Below are positions 61,286-64,000 of a DNA stretch of 64,000 nt, piece after piece (position 1 is the stretch's first letter; every line of letters begins with the position of its first letter). The notes under the pieces were generated by a model. The model had not been told where the DNA came from and made no database searches. It saw nothing but the letters and a program-made list of their open reading frames with translations. The translations under genes were made by a program, and so were the position numbers. Source of the stretch: Octopus sinensis (Eukaryota); NCBI RefSeq assembly GCF_006345805.1, contig NC_043013.1, forward strand, positions 39,060,001 through 39,124,000, read 5' to 3'.

Positions 61286-62059
61286 TTCGGATGGTGATTT
61301 TTATGTGCCACCGACACAAAAGCCAGTCAGTGGGTACTGGTATCAGCCATGATTTGTTGGTGCTTTTCACGTGCCACCAGCACAGGAGCCAATCAGGCAC
61401 ACAATCTAGCACCAGCGCTAGAGTTGCTGCCAAACCCTGAGCAAGACTAAAGAGTCTTCTGAGCCCTGTCTTTTGGCCAGGGGTTTTCAATCTTTTCTTC
61501 ATTTCCAGCAGCGTTGGCATGATCGATGTAAAGAATATAATGTAGGCTTACCAGATACTAGACAACACACGTTTAAACCAGCCGTGTCCAGCCCATATAT
61601 TCTACTTGTTTTATGTTTAAACTGGACAGATCTGGCTTCTCACACCTACTCTAAGAATAAACACTCACACTATTCGGATGGTGATTTTTATGTGCCACCG
61701 ACACAAAAGCCAGTCAGTGGGTACTGGTATCAGCCATGATTTGTTGGTGCTTTTCACGTGCCACCAGCACAGGAGCCAATCAGGCACACAATCTAGCACC
61801 AGCGCTAGAGTTGCTGCCAAACCCTGAGCAAGACTAAAGAGTCTTCTGAGCCCTGTCTTTTGGCCAGGGGTTTTCAATCTTTTCTTCATTTCCAGCAGCG
61901 TTGGCATGATCGATGTAAAGAATATAATGTAGGCTTACCAGATACTAGACAACACACGTTTAAACCAGCCGTGTCCAGCCCATATATTCTACTTGTTTTA
62001 TGTTTAAACTGGACAGATCTGGCTTCTCACACCTACTCTAAGAATAAACACTCACACTA
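61286..62059. repeat. Perfect 387-bp tandem duplication
   Basis: 61286-61672 equals 61673-62059 by eye; the ORF track repeats identical peptides at a 387-nt offset (61473/61860). Confidence 0.95.
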
Positions 62060-62224
62060 TTGAAATCCCAAAGCTGTGAGATAATCCATGATTAATTCAA
62101 AACAATGTGAATATATTACGGAGATCGTGTGCTGAAACGAAAACAATTGCAGCGTGGAAGGTGTTTATAAGCCATTTAAGAAACACACAAAAGCCGTTCG
62201 ATTCACTTCAACATTTAAGTTTAA

Positions 62225-62274
62225 TTTGTCAAAATATTTTCGTCGCTAAAATCCGCGACCTGTTCACTGACAAA
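62225..62274 (-). ncRNA. Minimal type I hammerhead ribozyme with a G3-C8 variant core
   Basis: Reverse strand TTTGTCA-GTGAACA-G-GTCGC-ggatttta-GCGAC-GAAA-ATAT-T-T-TGACAAA: 7-bp stem I, 5-bp stem II, palindromic stem III AATATT. Confidence 0.7.
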
Positions 62275-62998
62275 GTCCGTGCTGCATATATAAGCATTGA
62301 ATTTGGCAGATTAATCTGAACATTAAAAGGTTAAACTTGTATTATTAATTATAAACTCATGGCTGCTGGCAGGATCATTATGATGCTGGTCAAAATGCTT
62401 GGCAGCATTTTTTCTGGTTCTGCATTCTGAGTTCAGATGCCACTGAGTTAGCTTTTCATCCTATTGGGTTTGATAAAATAATGCACCAGTCAAGTACTCT
62501 GGTCGATCTAGTCACTATCCTCCTCTCCTTCAAATTACTGTCCTTGTGCTATGACTAGAAAGAAGTATTTGTTTTAAGTTTAATTCAATGTAAGAGTTCA
62601 AACCCTGCCGTGGGCAACTTTGTCATTCATCTTTGTGGGGTTGATAAAATAAAGTATCAGTCCAAGTATTAGTTCATATAAATGACTATTCTCTCAGTTC
62701 TTGGACTGGACAAAACATACAACTGTTGTCATGGTTACCCAATATACATTGGATCACTGAAGTATTGACTCCAGTTGCCAACACTAAGATGTGTAAGCTA
62801 ACCAATACAATATATATATATACCTGTGTATGGTAACAAAACGTAACATTAATCAATATTATGATAAATATAGATGAGATTAAACTGAACTAACCCCTAA
62901 AAATGTGATAATAAATTCCACCAGTACCAATTGTGATATTTTAAACAGGTCAAGCATGTTGCAATAAATATATGCTTGTATTCTACATAAACAATATA

Positions 62999-63781
62999 CA
63001 GGGTGATTCAAAAGTCTCCATACATAGGAAAAAATTATTTTTTTAAATAAAAACTGTTTATAAGATCCCCTGATCCCTTGATCTGACCCCTCTTAATTTC
63101 TATCTTTGGGGGCATTTGAAAGGCACGGTGTATCGCAGAAAGATAAAAGACATAAATCATTTGAAGGAACGCATCACCAACTCCTTTGCACACGTATCAC
63201 CAGATGTGCTATTATGAGTTTACAGTGAGTGGGGTTAACGTATTGCAATGTGTATTCAAAACAATGGTAACCATATAGAGACTCTTTACTCTTTTTCTCT
63301 TTTTAATTGTTTCAGTCATTTGGCTGCGGCCATGCTGGAGCACCGCCTTTAGTCAAGCAAATCGACCCTGGGACTTATTCTTTTGTAAGCCCAGTACTTA
63401 TTCTACCGGTCTTTTTTGCCGAACCGCTAAGTAACGGGGACGTAAACACACCATTGTCAAACAATGCTAGGGGGCCAAACACAGACACACAAACACATAC
63501 ACACACACATATACATATATATATATATATATATACGACAGGCTTCTTTCAGTTTCCGTCTACCAAATCCACTCACAAGGCATTGGTCAGCCCGGGGCTA
63601 TAGCAGAAGACACTTGCCCAAGATGCCACGCAGTGGGACTGAACCTGGAACCATGTGGTTGGTTAGAAAGCTACTTACCACACAACCACTCCTGCGCTGT
63701 TAGATAGAAAACTATTTTTATAAACCGTTTCTTATAAAAAGATAAATTGTTCCTTTGTATGGCGACTTTTGAATCACCCTG
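62999..63781 (+). mobile_element. Tc1/mariner non-autonomous element with a nested SINE
   Basis: TA|cagggtgattcaaaagtc ... gacttttgaatcaccctg|TA; remnant SLDLTPLNFYLWGHLKGTVY...NGNHIE. Confidence 0.9.
63283..63697 (-). mobile_element. SINE family A, full length, nested in the Tc1/mariner element
   Basis: Reverse complement of the family A consensus. Confidence 0.88.
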
Positions 63782-63994
63782 TATATGTTCAATACAATAT
63801 AAGGCTGTATCTTGCATGCAATGTATCTTCTTAATCAATTTTGCAATAAGTAATAAATAAATAAATAATTATTAGTTGTTAACATGCAATATTTATAGAT
63901 TTGTTTTCCACAATATCATTAGTTAATTAAACAAGCAGTGTTTCATGTTAAGAAGCAATTTTTTTAGTAGGGTAATGTCTGTGTTTTTATGTAG

Positions 63995-64000
63995 GTTGTT
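63995..64000 (+). CDS. HELLS: Possible start of HELLS exon 20
   Basis: gtgtttttatgtag|GTTGTT would continue the phase 1 as HQ-G-C; only 6 nt are visible. Confidence 0.3.

Overview
Animal genomic DNA, very rich in repeats. The microsatellite load, tRNA-derived SINEs and RTE/Penelope/mariner relics suggest an octopus or related cephalopod; this is an inference from pattern recognition, not a database result. The main gene is a plus-strand SNF2-family remodeller, HELLS/LSH (DDM1 homologue). I traced it by hand through 18 in-phase GT-AG coding exons (25544-60427). A probable first exon near 14.3-14.4 kb sits under an E2F/CCAAT/E-box promoter and may supply the first two bases of a split AT|G start codon. 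The gene continues past the right edge. The rest of the window is SINEs, RTE and RLE-type LINE fragments, a Penelope-like GIY-YIG relic, Tc1/mariner, piggyBac, hAT and Helitron derivatives, and tandem repeats. The most unusual signal is three unrelated hammerhead-ribozyme (HHR) sequence families. One lies in a ~300-bp tRNA-headed non-coding element that occurs only as head-to-head foldback pairs (4 of 4 loci). One lies at the 3' end of the Penelope relic. One appears intact and carries a compensatory G3-C8 swap in the catalytic core. Repeat coordinates are approximate (about +/-10-20 nt); exon, TIR and ribozyme coordinates were counted base by base.
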